Origin: Yuukianura sp. NJ FZ-2021
Taxonomy: Eukaryota
Direction: 5' to 3'
NCBI GenBank assembly: GCA_046563655.1
Contig: CM102288.1
Location: 1,178,001-1,242,000, forward strand
Length of the DNA stretch: 64,000 nucleotides
The notes under the pieces are model-generated. The model was not told where the DNA came from, searched no databases, and worked only from the letters and a program-made list of their open reading frames with translations. This document shows, piece by piece, positions 1 to 12,610 of the stretch (position 1 is its first letter; every line of letters begins with the position of its first letter). The position numbers and the translations under genes are program-made.

Positions 1-37
1 AAGAAACTTTAAGTTCTAGATATTTTTGACAAAAGTT

Positions 38-831
38 TCAGAATTCTTCATGCTTTTGCTTGCTTTTCGACGATCCTGGATGTGGACTAAGGATTGCGAG
101 GAGTCCACACTGACTTACACATTGCAGTTCACTGTCAAATCGGTTCTTGTTTCCGCCGCAGCCACCATACACCTTGAACAAAATTAAGAAATGGATGAAC
201 ATTTAAAAAATCTCAAAAGTTTTGTTTAGAACACCAAGATTTAGAAGCTTACAAATTTTTTGCACTCTCCCTCTGCGTAGTCAAAATACCACATGATGAA
301 GTACCCTCTACACATCCCCGTTTCGGCTGGAAGTTTGCAATTAGCTGAACAAAGTATGACAAAAGAAGCTTCAGAAAATGTCAAATAGAGTAAGGGTTAA
401 TTTGTGTTGCGCTACCGTATTGCTTGTCAATTTTGCGCAGCGACTTTGAACATCTAGAAGTCATTACATTTGCAGAGCAGCCTTTACAACGTTGCGCACA
501 ATTTTCGACAGTGCTAAATTTTTGCATCAAGTACTTCCCGCAAGTGTCATTCACACTCAAGCTTTCTTTCGATTCAAAAACAGCTCTGCAGTGTGGATTT
601 GATTCAGTAATTCTGCAAACATCTTTTTAAAAAAGTTGATTCCGTCAAAATTCCTTTACCTGAAGGAAATTTTTTTCAGAAATTTTGGAGAAACTGAAAT
701 TTTGTTTTACCTGGGCAGATATTGGGGCGGTGAACAGCTTTGGAAGGGAGTCGCTTGCTGAAACCTGGTGAAAAGACAACGAAAAACAGGAATGTAATAA
801 TTTTCAAAACTTTCATTACAGAACAACACAT
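38..831 (-). CDS. Secreted Kunitz/BPTI-type serine protease inhibitor (4 exons, ~184 aa)
   Basis: Manually spliced exons 831-711, 622-416, 344-253 and 172-38 have GT-AG introns with consistent phases. The product is a signal peptide (MCCSVMKVLKIITFLFFVVFSPG), a Cys-rich segment, then a six-Cys Kunitz domain CKLPAETGMCRGYFIMWYFDYAEGECKKFVYGGCGGNKNRFDSELQCVSQC. Confidence 0.9.
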
Positions 832-3800
832 TTCGAAATTTTGAAAATTGGCTACATATGCTCTATGCTACTTATACTTATTAGTTACAGAAAGGCTTCT
901 ACCAAAATTTTACAAGTTACTATATACATAAAACAAAAGGATAAATTAATATATTCCAGCAGATGTTGAACATTGCTTCATTTTACCGCTCGTTTTTGTA
1001 CGCCACGTCCAAATTTCATTTCATAAATTTATGCATCTAGCAACAAAGCAATTTTTGTTGTTTTCCTTATTTTCGAATTCAATACCTATGAATATCAGGG
1101 AAGAAATCTGAGAATTTTCTGATCTTGTTCATCTGCGAAATTGATCCTACTCAACATGAAGCGTCCGGAAATTTGTAAATTTAGAAAAGTCAACTTGAAA
1201 AACACAAAACAGAACAATTTTTTTGTAGTTAAAAGAGATCCGGTTGCTTTTGAAGTAACAGATGCTTCTATTTCCTGAAATAAAAAAATCCACCCTCCTA
1301 CTCCATTTCATGTCAGTCAATTCCAGAACCAACAGCAGCAGGTGAAATTGAAGTTTTTCAAGTGAAAGTCAACGGAAGAAAACAAACAGGAATAGAAAAT
1401 TATGGTTTCCACATGCTCATTTCCTCACAATTCAAAACTCCCCTTTCAAAAAAAAAAAGTTAGTTCAAAATTTTAAAAGAGAATTTGTCAACTTCTGGGG
1501 TTGAAAATGTCGCTAAAGAAGGAGAAATTCCATTTTTTTTCAATTTCCAAAAATCGGGGAATCAAAACCCACGCCAAAAATTAATTGGCAAGTTGCTGTG
1601 TCTTGTCTTGTTTTTTGAACAAATTCCAAATGCCACAACCTTGTTCTTGATCTCTGATCTTCCAAAAAGATCTTCCCTTCACGTACAATTTCCATTCCTC
1701 TTTGAAATGAAAATGAAAAGTTGAAGTGGTTAGGGCACCCGGCATTCCTAAAGAGATTTTCAACCGACCTTCACCACCAGACAAACAGCAGCTAGCCATC
1801 TTTCATCTTCTCAACTACCAAAAACGCATAACCTGAAAATGGTTACTAGCAAAGGTTACGGCGGGTAACCTTCTTAAGTCAAAGGGTTACCTTAGGGGCG
1901 AGTAACCTCATCTGGAAAAATCTTTGGACTTAAAAGGAATCCAAGCGACAAAATGTCTAAACTTAAATTTACTGTCACTTTTGCATCCCTCACCCTCCAG
2001 TGTCATTTTTTTTTCTGAAAAAGCCCTACTGTGCTTTCTAAATTTAATTTTGAATCTAGACAAATATCTTGGACGCACTATAGTCATGCCCTACTTTTTT
2101 TTGCCAAAATTTTTTTCACATTGGAAATTAGTATTCTTGAGATTTGGTGGAATTTAAAGCGTTTTAGGCGTTCGTAGGTGATTAACGTATGAAATTATGC
2201 TACGACAGATGCTACAGCAGGAGCAGGGTTGAAGGGAAGGATATTTTCCTATTGAATTCACTTCAGTTTAAGTTCCACTTCAGCACAACGAGGAGTGGAG
2301 GGATCGAACCCGTTCCCTTTAACACTGAACAACGGACTTTTGAACAACAATTGAAATTTCTGTGTGGACATGGAAGATGTGGTCAATAGACCGGCACGCA
2401 AGGAGCATTGGCCCACGTCCAGGAATTTATTCAAGCAACAATAGAATCACAACCAGTCAAACGACTCGCACAAACATCAACTAAGTCTAATTGACAAGCA
2501 AATTTAGTCCCAACCAGGTTTAACTTCAAGAAAAGTGAGTGAAAGTGAGTCAAAATTTAACATTTTTGGAACTGTGATACCTAGTGTGACTAAATTTTTC
2601 AAAATTGGAAATTTCTTAAGTTTCAAATTTTAAATTGAAGCAGATTAGTAACTTAATTAATGTAGTAAAGTGCGAATTGATTGTTGTGCGGTACTACTAT
2701 AAAGTGAAAAGAGGCTTGTGAGTTATGGCGCCACACCTTCCATTGATTAAAACACGGAATGATACTTGTGCTATCTACAAAAAGAAAACAGGATTCTCCA
2801 TTCAAAAATCTTGTTGACACTATGAAAAATTAAAGTGTGTTCAGATGCACAGGTAAAACACAATGACTTTAATTAACTAAAATCATAATTAACACTTTCT
2901 TAAACCAACTTCATGATACATAACTCAGATAACAATAGCTGTGAACCTCAAGTGAAAACTTTCTCTTGTCATTTTCACACACTCAAAAAAGAATTCGTTA
3001 GAATCTTAATAACTTCTTAACACCAAAAAACAACTTTAAGCCAAAGCGCATGTGCCGTTAATTACTTTTTTACCTCCTTTTTTAATACTGCGTAAACCAA
3101 GTAGTTAGTTTAGCCCCAAAATTGAATTTTTTGAAAGCCCTTAGTGTTGGTTGGGCGTTGAAAATGGAATGTTTTGGAGATGATTCACGTGGATTTAAAA
3201 GTTGAAAATTTCCCTGCTTTTGTTATTCATGTTCTTAGTAATGCAGAGGATGATTTACCCTGAAGGATGAAATTGGGATTGGGATGCTGTGGTCCATTTG
3301 AGAGAAGATTGTGTTTGATGAGTAATTTCATGTGTGTATGAACTTGGAGCAAAAGAAAGGATTAAGTGTCTTTATAAAAAGTAGGTGGGGTAGGTGGGGA
3401 AGATGATATTTGTTCGATCAGTAATTGGTTTCTGGAGGGCTTTTGTATTGTTTGGCTGCAGTCAATACATGAGAGACAAGTTGATTCAAAAGATTGATCA
3501 AAGTGTCAATTCAATTGTTTCCTGGTCTTTACATTTCAAAAAGTTTTTGAAAAGAAAAATTTCATTGAAAATTGCAAGGCAAGGGTATCAAATTGCGTGG
3601 AGATTGCGTTTCATTGTTGTAGCTAAACCAAAGTTTACATTGTTTAACCTCAACAAACACATCAGTCAATGATTGAAACTAGATTTTGATTTTGTTCTAC
3701 AGTCAAAAACCTCAAAATTAAATTCCTCAACAAATTTTTAGTATTCAAAAAATGTAAAAAAAAAAATTAATCTCAAAATCTATCTCAAAAATCATCTCAA

Positions 3801-4655
3801 ACTCTATATCAAAAATCATCTCAATATTGTTGAAGTATTATTGTTGAAGTAAAAATATTTTTGAAGTAAAACAAGCTGCTGAAAGTATTGTTGATGAAAA
3901 TCGTATTTAGAACACCGAAAATTCATCGAAAACAGTTTGGGATTTTGAAATTTTCAGGTTTTCCACAAAATTGATGTTTTTGCCTAAAAACAGGAAAATA
4001 TATCCGGCTTTTTTCTGTTGTTTTTGAATTTTTTCAATTAGAATTTCCTGTTCAGATTGTTTTAGTACAAGTAATAACTTCCAAATAAAGGTTTTGTGAG
4101 ATGATAAATTTTCTGGTTACGGTCTTTGGTGAGGGGGTGTGAAATTTGGGCCGTGGGGCGTTTATTTACAGATATTGGATTTTACACTTTCAATTTCTGT
4201 GTATTTACAAACTGCCTTTGTGTTTTGCCTACTTCATGCAAAATGATGAAGGCAGATTCAATTTCCACCTTCATTGTTCTCTTCACCAATCCATCATCGC
4301 ACTACCGTCTTTAAGAACAGAATTGCTAAGTGGCTTACCAAAAACCTAACTGTTTCTTTCAAATTGCCAAACACGTTCAGTCATTTCCCTCCACGTGCTT
4401 CTCTCCTTAATGTTTTCATGTATTCAGGTCTTGGAGAGACGCAGAGGGAGTAACTATCTGTTTATTGTTTTATGTGTTCATTGACCCAGAGAAATGCAAA
4501 AGAACTGAGAGATGCTGTAGAGCAAGACTTTTCCAATTAATGCCAATGAAACTTGTCTCAAGAAATTTCAAACCCTATTAATTTTAATGTCGTTTTGTTC
4601 CAAAACGGACGAGCATCTCATGTTTTAAAATTCTTGATTTAATTTTGTTTTAGAA

Positions 4656-6464
4656 ATGTTGAAGCATTCTATAAGTCAATATGGAAGTAACACCGGAGGA
4701 CTGCATCACCCGATCCAGCATCCACTTACAAGTTCGTCACACTCGGGCGATGGATCGGCATCGCTCCACCGGGACCACCGTGACCGATCCCACTCCCATA
4801 CCCACCTCATACAACCAGAACCACCGAGCCACCATCTCCACCACCCACAAGAACGACTCGTTGACCCCACCAGGTTTCTCGAAGGTCAAGGTCACACAAG
4901 TCCACAACAACCGCATGGACATAGTCATAGTCAAAGTAAGTTTTTAAAATCCTACCACGAAAAATAAACAAGAAAAAAGATTCCTTTTTTAAAATTAAAG
5001 TTTCAAAAATTTCTCAATTGTAATTGAATTTTGAGCTTTTCGAAAAATTGTTCTAAATTTCGGAGGAGTTGAGGAGCGTATCTGGGTTTCTCTACTTTTC
5101 TATTAATTGTATTCTACAATTTTTTTTTCTCAGGAATGTAAATCCTTTAAAATTTTGAAAAAGGGTCCAAAACATTTTTTGGACTAACACTGTGTAAGAA
5201 CTTTGTTATTCGTGCAAGTACAACAAGGTCCAAGATTAAGGGACCCACCCAAGGGCCCCTTTTTAAACAAATTCCAGGCCTTGACAAAAGAAGTGTCAGA
5301 AAACGTAGTTGACTTGTCTCTGCTCCCGTGAATTTATTACTTCTTATCCCTTGACTTATAGCGTGACAAATTGACTCTTAATGTTTCCAGGTTACTTGGA
5401 CCACTCCTACCCAAGTATACATACTTCAAGACCTTATTTGGACACTTCCAGAACTAGAGGTCAAGGTCAATTTATTCACCACCAAAGGTCATCCCAACCA
5501 CTACAAAGTAGCTACAACACTCCTACCTCACCGCAACCTTCCAAAGTCAATGGAAACGTGTTCTTGACTTCTGCGCATGTCCATCCTACATTGGATCACA
5601 CAGCAAGTCACTCTTGTTCGACGCATCTTCATCATTCTGCGCATGTCGCTGGAGCTGGAAGTGCCTTTAGACAGGGCGTCCTCAAGTCACTGGCGCTGTT
5701 GTCAGTCCTATCGCTTCTGCTGGCCCTCAACTCGCTCATTTTTCTACTCAAAATCGTTTGGCCACTGAACATGAGCGGTAAGGTTTTTCGAAATTTTGAA
5801 TTTTCGAAAAATTTTAAAATTTCATTTTTCATTAGGTGGTGGACATGACAGTGAGTTTAAGTTGATGTACGAAGTGACACTGTGCCTAGCTGCAATGTGC
5901 CTTTCAATTAGTCTCTGCGTTTTACTAGTTACGTCTGCGCAGTACTTTTTTGCCATTTCGGGTGAGTCCCAGAAAAAGTTCAAAACAAAAATTTTGAAAC
6001 TTTTACGAATTCGTTTTCAAAATTTTAGGATCTCCAGGTACGACGAGCTTTCTGCATAAAGCGAGGGTGATTCGTGCAGGAGCTACGGGTGGATTCTTCT
6101 TGTCAATTCCATTGTTTTTAGCTGCCATTGTTCTCTACACTTTTACACACCTAAGTTTTGCTGTTCCCGCTCTCGTGACGACAGGGATCGTGGGACTAGC
6201 TATCATCTTTGGTGGATGTGCCATGGTCTATCATGTCTTCACATGGCAGAAGGTAAGAACGCGAGGTAAAAAGGAATTTTCAAATTCAACTTGTCATTAA
6301 AACACAAAATTTGAATTTAAAACTAAGCCTGATGAACATTTTATCAAAGAAAGTTGAAGATTTTGAGTTTTTTGTCTCATTTTGTGCAGGAGAAGACAAA
6401 TAAAAAGATATTAGTTCAAGATGTATCTCCAAATCCAACGCTCGAGCTTTCAACTTTAGTATGA
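4656..6464 (+). CDS. TMEM221: TMEM221/Jiraiya-family four-transmembrane protein with His-rich N-terminus
   Basis: Exons 4656-4935, 5391-5777, 5836-5961, 6029-6252 and 6390-6464 join in frame. There are four hydrophobic helices. FLHKARVIRAGATGGFFLSIPLFLAAIVLY resembles the Jiraiya core, and the C-terminus ELSTLV* resembles the family's STLV end. An acceptor just before the ATG implies an upstream non-coding exon. Confidence 0.75.
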
Positions 6465-6938
6465 CCTTTGACCTCAACATTTCCTTTGTAACATGAACTC
6501 AGATGCTGCCTGGAAACAATCCGCCGAACATTTTAAACTGAAACATCCGTGACCTTCTTCTCTCATGTCAAATATCAACATTGTACAAACTAATTTTTTA
6601 AATACATTGTACCGATTCATCACTTCACAAAGTTTATAACTTTAGAACGATCGAATACTTTATTCCGTCTCATTCCGAACATGATTAAATTATAATAACT
6701 AATATATTATTAAATTATACATAAATAAAAACTAGAAACAAGTTAATGGTTGCCCTATGTTGTTTGTCAGCGTTTTTAGAAAAAGTACACTTTGACTTGC
6801 TAATCTGATGCCCTTTACCTCCGGGACGTTTTGCGTCATCCGCCTGTATGATTAGTTTATCTTGTTTTCTGCACTTTTTAAAGTCGAAAGTCGCTGCTCA
6901 TTGCATCTTTGACGTTGCTGCAACGAAGACGTTTCAAA

Positions 6939-9362
6939 ATGTGTGCCAAACCACATCCACTGGATCCACTTTCGGAAGACGAAATTAGAAAATGCTCAAA
7001 AATTGTTTCTGAAACGTATCCCAACGAATCATGGATCTTCAATTCCATTACGTTGGAGGAACCAGAAAAATCGCTGTTCAACTCAGTTTCAAGCGTTCCT
7101 AGAAAAGCGTTTGTGATTCTGATACACACAGGGTTAAGGTCGCGAGGTCAAGTTTCAGAAGTTGTGGTAAATTTGGACACTGAACGTGTGGAAACCTTTG
7201 TTAACGTTGAAGCTGGTAATCAACCGACTTTGACTCCCGAAGATTGTTTCGATGCTGAAAACATTGCAAAATGTGACCAAGGAGTTGTTAAGCGTTGTGG
7301 CGAGCTCGGATACACGAATATGAATTTGGTTTCTGCAGATCCTTGGTAAGAAGTTCAAAAAATCAAATGGTCCAATTTTGTAATTTTTGCAAAACCTCAT
7401 GCTAATTTCTTTAAAAAAATACAATTTTTTCACAGGTCCACTGGATACTTGGAAGATCGATCCGAATTTGATGGAATGAGACTTGTTCAGTTGTTTATGT
7501 ACGGCAGAGAGCATGAAGATGACAACCACTACGCTCATCCGTTTGATTTTGTCGTTTGTGAGTTGTCAAAATCAAAATTTTGTTCAAAAACATCGAAAGT
7601 TGTGCTTTTTTGTAGTGGTTGACCTAACCGGAAGAAATGTAGTGGCAATTGAAAATTTGCCAGGACATGGAACCGTTGCAGTTCCACGAGCAAAAAGAAA
7701 CTACCACGCAGAATTCCTTGGAGAAAATTTTTTGCGTACTGATTTGAAACCGCTTCAGTCACTTTCACCTGATGGACCAAGTTTTAAAGTGACTGGAAAC
7801 TTAATCCAGTGGCAAAAATTTGGCATTCGAATCAGGTAAAGTTCAAAAATGACAACCAATTTTGAAAATTTTGTTTTTGACAATTTCCCACATTTTTACG
7901 TTTAGCTTCAACTATCGTGAAGGACTTGTACTGCATAACGTCACATACAAAGATGGCAATCAAGTAAGACCGATACTCCACAGAGCATCGATTGCTGAAA
8001 TGGCTGTACCTTATGGAGATCCACAGCCACCGTACCATCGTAAATGTGTAAGAAAAGTTGTGGCTCATTTTGTTCGTTGACTATTTTGTTGTTGAGCAAA
8101 TTAGGAAGCAAACTTTCACAAAAGTTGGCCTTTTTGTGTATGTTTTTAGGCCTTTGATGTATCGGATTATGGATTGGGATTTTGTACAAATTCGTTGGAG
8201 TTGGGCTGCGACTGTTTTGGAACAATCAAGTACTTTGATGCTGTTCTGAACAAGCACAATGGTGAACCCTACACTATCAAAAATGCTATTTGTCTTCACG
8301 AGGAAGATGACGGTGAAAGCAATTTCTGAAAAGTTTGAAATTTTTAAGTAATGATATTTTGGAATTTGAACTTTTGAAATTTTGGAACAGGAATTTTGTT
8401 CAAACACACTGAGTACCGGAACGGAAAAGTTGGGCTTGCGCGGTCACGACGCTTAGTCTTAAGCTTCATCGTGACAGTCGTGAACTATGAGTACTGTCTG
8501 TACTGGTCATTCCACTTAGATGGCAGTATCAAGTTCAACGTCAAGGCCACTGGAATGCTAAGCACGAATCTTACCAACACAATTTCACCCAAACATGGAA
8601 CTCTCGTATCCAAAAATGTAGAAGCACAATTTCATCAACACATTTTTGTCGCCAGAATTGATACAATGATTGATGGAATTCACAATTCAGTTTCAACAAT
8701 AGATGTCGAACCGGTACAAGATCCAATCGGTTCGGAAAAGAACCGGTACGGTCAGGGTTTTCGTTTAGTCGAAAAGCTTCTGCGCAGTACTGCTCAAGCA
8801 CAAGTTCAAGCAGCTCCAGAAAAATTTCGATACTGGAAAATCTTCAATCAAAATTCAATTAATCCCGTGACTGGACAACCAGTTGCCTGGAAACTCATTC
8901 CGACCAATCCCTGCAAGTTATTGGCCGGTCCTGGAAGTTATGTTAGCAAAAAAGCTGAATTTGCAAAGAACGCTCTCTGGGTCACTCCGTATGCCAAAGG
9001 TCAAAGGTTTCCTTCTGGATTTTATGTACTCAACAAAGGAAAAGCAGAAGATGGCATTGGTCAATGGGTCAAAGAGGACAAAAATATTGACAATGAAGAG
9101 ATCGTTCTGTGGCATGTGTTTGGAATGACGCATTGTCCAAGAACGGAAGATTTTCCAATCATGAATGTGGAGTAAGTTTTAAAACAAAAGTAGACTGAAA
9201 ACTAAAAAAAGACAAATTTTTGAAGAAAAAGTTAGCTTTTTATAATCTTGTTGAGTGTTACTCTTTTTGACATTCAATTTTAGAGAAACTGGGTTCACGC
9301 TGAAACCAAACAACTTCTTCGCTGCGAATCCCGGTCTGGACGTTCCACCACCATCGAAATAA
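6939..9362 (+). CDS. Copper-containing (TPQ) primary amine oxidase, microbial-type, no signal peptide (7 exons, 637 aa)
   Basis: Exons 6939-7345, 7436-7557, 7616-7835, 7906-8047, 8150-8312, 8391-9171 and 9284-9362 join in frame. Motifs: HPLDPLS start, [12 protein letters not shown] (active-site base Asp), LELGCDC, VVNYEY (TPQ consensus, Tyr codon 8486-8488), HQH and [12 protein letters not shown] (copper ligands), [13 protein letters not shown]. Confidence 0.93.
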
Positions 9363-9475
9363 ATTCTAAGAATTCAAATTTCAGAATTGAAAAGCAAAAA
9401 TTAAAAAAAAACTAAAATAAATCATTTTCACACTTCATAATTGAATCCGAATATTCAGAGCCAAACTGTAAGTTT

Positions 9476-9760
9476 TTAGCTCTTTTTGTAAGAAATAGCA
9501 ATTTTTTCGTAAACGTCTGGAAAGGCATCCATGCAATTCAGGTTTGCTCGTAATTTATGGTACAGAGTTCCTTCAAACATTTTGTAAAAGTCTTCTTCGC
9601 TCAAATAGCATTCAGTATAGGTTCCTTGGAATTTATAAAACAAAAAATTCAAAATTCTGAACAAAATGTCAAAATTTTGAATTTCAAACGTTTTTGGTTT
9701 TACCCATTATTCTTCTGAATACAGTAACCAGACAATGCTTGGCTACAATAACTGGATGCT
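9476..9760 (-). pseudogene. DHCR24: 3' remnant of a delta(24)-sterol reductase (DHCR24/diminuto-like) gene
   Basis: NNG|FQGTYTECYLSEEDFYKMFEGTLYHKLRANLNCMDAFPDVYEKI* matches the DHCR24 C-terminus (HGFQxLYADxYxxxEEFxxMFDxxLYxKLRxxxxCxxAFPEVYDKI). The expected acceptor reads AA instead of AG at 9634-9633. The upstream exon meets a stop within about 20 codons, and there is no room for the FAD domain before the next gene. Confidence 0.75.
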
Positions 9761-9898
9761 TCTCATTCTTCGTTGTCTAGTTTCGGTTTATTTTTAAGTA
9801 ACGTCAAAGTAACTTTATTTGAGCACAAAATTTGTGTAAGTACGATCAAATTATATTTATATTACACTTATATATTATATTATTAATTATTATTTATG

Positions 9899-11736
9899 TT
9901 ATTCATTATCATATGATTCTGACGAAGTCGTTGGTTGATACTGTTGAGTAGCAGGAAGAGGAGGGATAATGTTGCCATATTTGATAATTTCGCTTACAGG
10001 TAAGGGGCACGTTGAGAAAATTTTTGAGCACATTTCGGCCGTTTTGTAGTGCATTCCCATATGAGCTGCTGTTCTGTACTTCCCGACATGTTCATCTTCT
10101 TCATTAGGCATAATGGCTTCCACAATTCTGAAAAATTTCAAAAAAGTCGTAAATTTTTTGAAATTCTCAAAATTTTCTGAAATTTTTTTAGTTTCAAAGT
10201 TAATACCTAAAAGCAGTTATGATATTCCCTTCATAACTGTTGGCCAGTTGACTACTGCTCATTTCCTTCTCGTGACAGTGAATTTCACAAATCATTTTTT
10301 CAATACATCCGCCAATGTCAAACATCGCAACAATTCTGAACAAATTTTTGATGTCTCCCTTCACTGACTCAGTCATGGCGTTCATGTCCACGGCTCCACG
10401 TTTACGCCGAAAGTGCGACTTTCCGAAGGTATCGCGCTTGTACCGTGACCTTTGACCTGACCTGTCCGAATCCTCATCTAACAACCAAGTTAAGAACCTT
10501 GTTGGCACGTAGTTGGCTGGGTTGAAACTTCTTAGTGATTCGACAATGGTGTTCATAATAGTTGAAGGTTCGTGTAACAAATCGATGCTACGCTGATTAC
10601 CAGCGTTTGTGCTTTCTGTAGAACCGATTTTGTTTTCAGCTTCGGGCGCCGATTTTTTCTTAGTTTTTTGGGGGAACGGCAAAGGCTTAAATTCTGGAAT
10701 TGTTCCTTTGTCAATTGCATCGAGAATGCCTTTGGCAAATTGTTCAGTCAAAATGGACTGCATTGTTTTCAGGGTTGCTTCCGATGGTGCTGTCACATTT
10801 TCACGAGTTGTGGTTCGTAACTTTTCGACTTCTGAACGAATAAACTCGGCAACTTCAGGAGATGCCGAAGTTCGATCCGATTTTGTATGGCGACTAAACG
10901 ACATTGGGAATTTTCTGTGTCCGGGAGAATCATAACGCCTGCTGTCAAATTCTACAAGAAAAATGAATTCCACGACAAATTTCAAAAATTTCACAAAATT
11001 TTCAAAAAGAAATTGATTATAGAGTTATACGTTGGTATCCTTTAGAGGTCACATATTCTGGCCCCACGTTAACTGTCACATGATTGTCGGATACCGGATC
11101 GACCGAACTTGGTTCGATACCGTATACCGGTCCGGGACCGGGTAGCCATTCGGACGATCCATGCGATGGTACCACTGGTCGCTTCCAGCCTTCCGACCAT
11201 CCATGCAATGGTACGACTGGTCTGTTCCAACCATCCGACCATCCATGCGATTGTACAACTGGTCGGCTCCAGCCTTCTGACCATCCGTACGGTTTTACTG
11301 GAACTTTAGGTGAATCAACAGCCTTGTACATAAAAAATTGTAAATGAGGTGGCGGCGGGAAAGAATTTTGAAATTGAAATCTTTTATAAGCTGGAAGTAG
11401 AAATGCCAGAGGATGTTGTTCGGACTCTGCTGGGGAGTCCCATGCTGAGCCGGTCGTTTCATAACTTGGTCCCCAGCCATGTACGTGACCTTGAGCTTCA
11501 TACTTCATCCTCCCGCTGTGCATGAGCATGCGCAGTCCCATTAGCTTTGCAATTAGAAGTCCTGACCCTTGACCCAGCACAAATGACCCCAGACCGATTG
11601 GGGGTCCGAGCATAAGTGGGGCAGAGGACAAGAGCACTTTGACTATCACACTCGGAATAATTCCGGCTACCCAAAATGGTGTTGCTAACAAATTCATGAG
11701 TGCAGATCCAAGCCATGAACTTGACAAGAGGAACAT
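9899..11736 (-). CDS. DM4/DM12-family protein with hydrophobic N-terminus, Trp/Pro-rich repeats and furin-type sites
   Basis: Three coding exons (~11736-11030, ~10950-10207, ~10127-9899). The C-terminal CIEKMICE...YRTAAHMGM...CSKIFSTCP pattern is typical of DM4/DM12. RYKR and RRKR sites are present. The start codon is uncertain. Confidence 0.7.
11145..11290 (-). repeat. Coding 42-bp tandem repeat (GWSEGWxRPVVxxH, ~3.5 copies)
   Basis: Direct repeats such as ccttccgaccatccatgcaatggtacgactggtc recur with a 42-nt period inside the DM4/DM12 ORF. Confidence 0.85.
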
Positions 11737-11848
11737 TTTTCAAAATTTCGAGAAAAACTTTTCAGAATTTGGAAATTTTTACCACTAAATTGGAAATTCC
11801 ATCTTGGCACTACAAATATATCACTTCCATTTTTCACAGAAATTAGAA

Positions 11849-11884
11849 AACTAAAGTTTACAATTTATTTGACCTGCCTTTATA
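11849..11884 (-). promoter_or_regulatory. TATA box plus initiator core promoter of the DM4/DM12 gene
   Basis: Minus-strand TATAAA (11884-11879) is followed about 30 nt downstream by the Inr-like TTAGTT (11854-11849). Confidence 0.5.
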
Positions 11885-12129
11885 AACTTTGGGTTAACTT
11901 TCACTACAAATGTTAACTTTCAGTTTAAATCATGTGCATCTGTTGGCTTCAATTACCACGCCCCAAACCGTAACAATTTGTACATTAACTAATTTAACTT
12001 CAATTGAAGCCAACATCTCATCTTATCTCATCAATACGTTTATTTTATTCTCCGCTGCAGAATGAACAGAAAACGAAACTACTTTTGATCAGAGAGATTA
12101 CAAAGTTGCAATCTCAAAAAGTTTTCTTT

Positions 12130-12574
12130 GTCCAAGGCCCGTAGGCCGGGGGGACTAGAGCTCCGGCTCTATCCTACTAACACCTTGGACGGGCGCGGGT
12201 TCGAGTCCCGGCGTCGCCGACACGAAAGTCGTTTTCCAGAAATGGTTTTTCCACTTTCCTAGCCCAGATGGGGTGTTCGGATGATAGGTCAGTTTGGGGG
12301 GTTATGGGTGCGTGTGAAGAGGTCAGTAGTTGCTGTTGTGGAGGGGGGTCGTGGGCCGGTATGCGTACGATGCTGTTCCTGTCACTTGCCTGGAGCTGTG
12401 ATATGTGGTAGGGCCCTAGCCCGTTCAGCTCTAGCAGAAAGCCTTTCGTCCTTCCCTCAGAACTTCTCGCCAACTATCTGACTGTACCACCGCCCCACCT
12501 CATAGGACCTCAACCCAACCCAGAAATTCCCTACCCCTGTTGATAAAGCTAAATGCTAATGTCAATTAACTCTC

Positions 12575-12606
<32 letters not shown>
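12130..12606 (+). mobile_element. tRNA-derived SINE with 31-nt poly(A) tail and ~14-bp target-site duplication
   Basis: GC-rich ~480-bp insert in AT-rich DNA. Pol III B box GGTTCGAGTCC at 12198-12208 within a T-arm-like stem, with an A-box-like sequence upstream. Poly(A) at 12576-12606. AAAAAGTTTTCTTT flanks both ends (12116-12129 and 12602-12615). Confidence 0.88.

Positions 12607-12610
<4 letters not shown>

Noticed and set aside
2295..2318. Minus-strand B-box-like GGTTCGATCCC
   Set aside because: No A box, cloverleaf, poly(A) tail or TSD nearby.
4681..4947. Alternative ORF MEVTPEDC... as first exon of the TMEM221 gene
   Set aside because: Splicing in this frame meets a stop in exon 2; the frame starting at 4656 joins cleanly.
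12130..12230. Possible twister or HDV-like ribozyme, or intact tRNA, in the SINE head
   Set aside because: TAACAC and GTCCAAG resemble twister fragments, but I could not build the P2/P4 stems and pseudoknots. No HDV double pseudoknot is evident, and there is no acceptor stem or cloverleaf.
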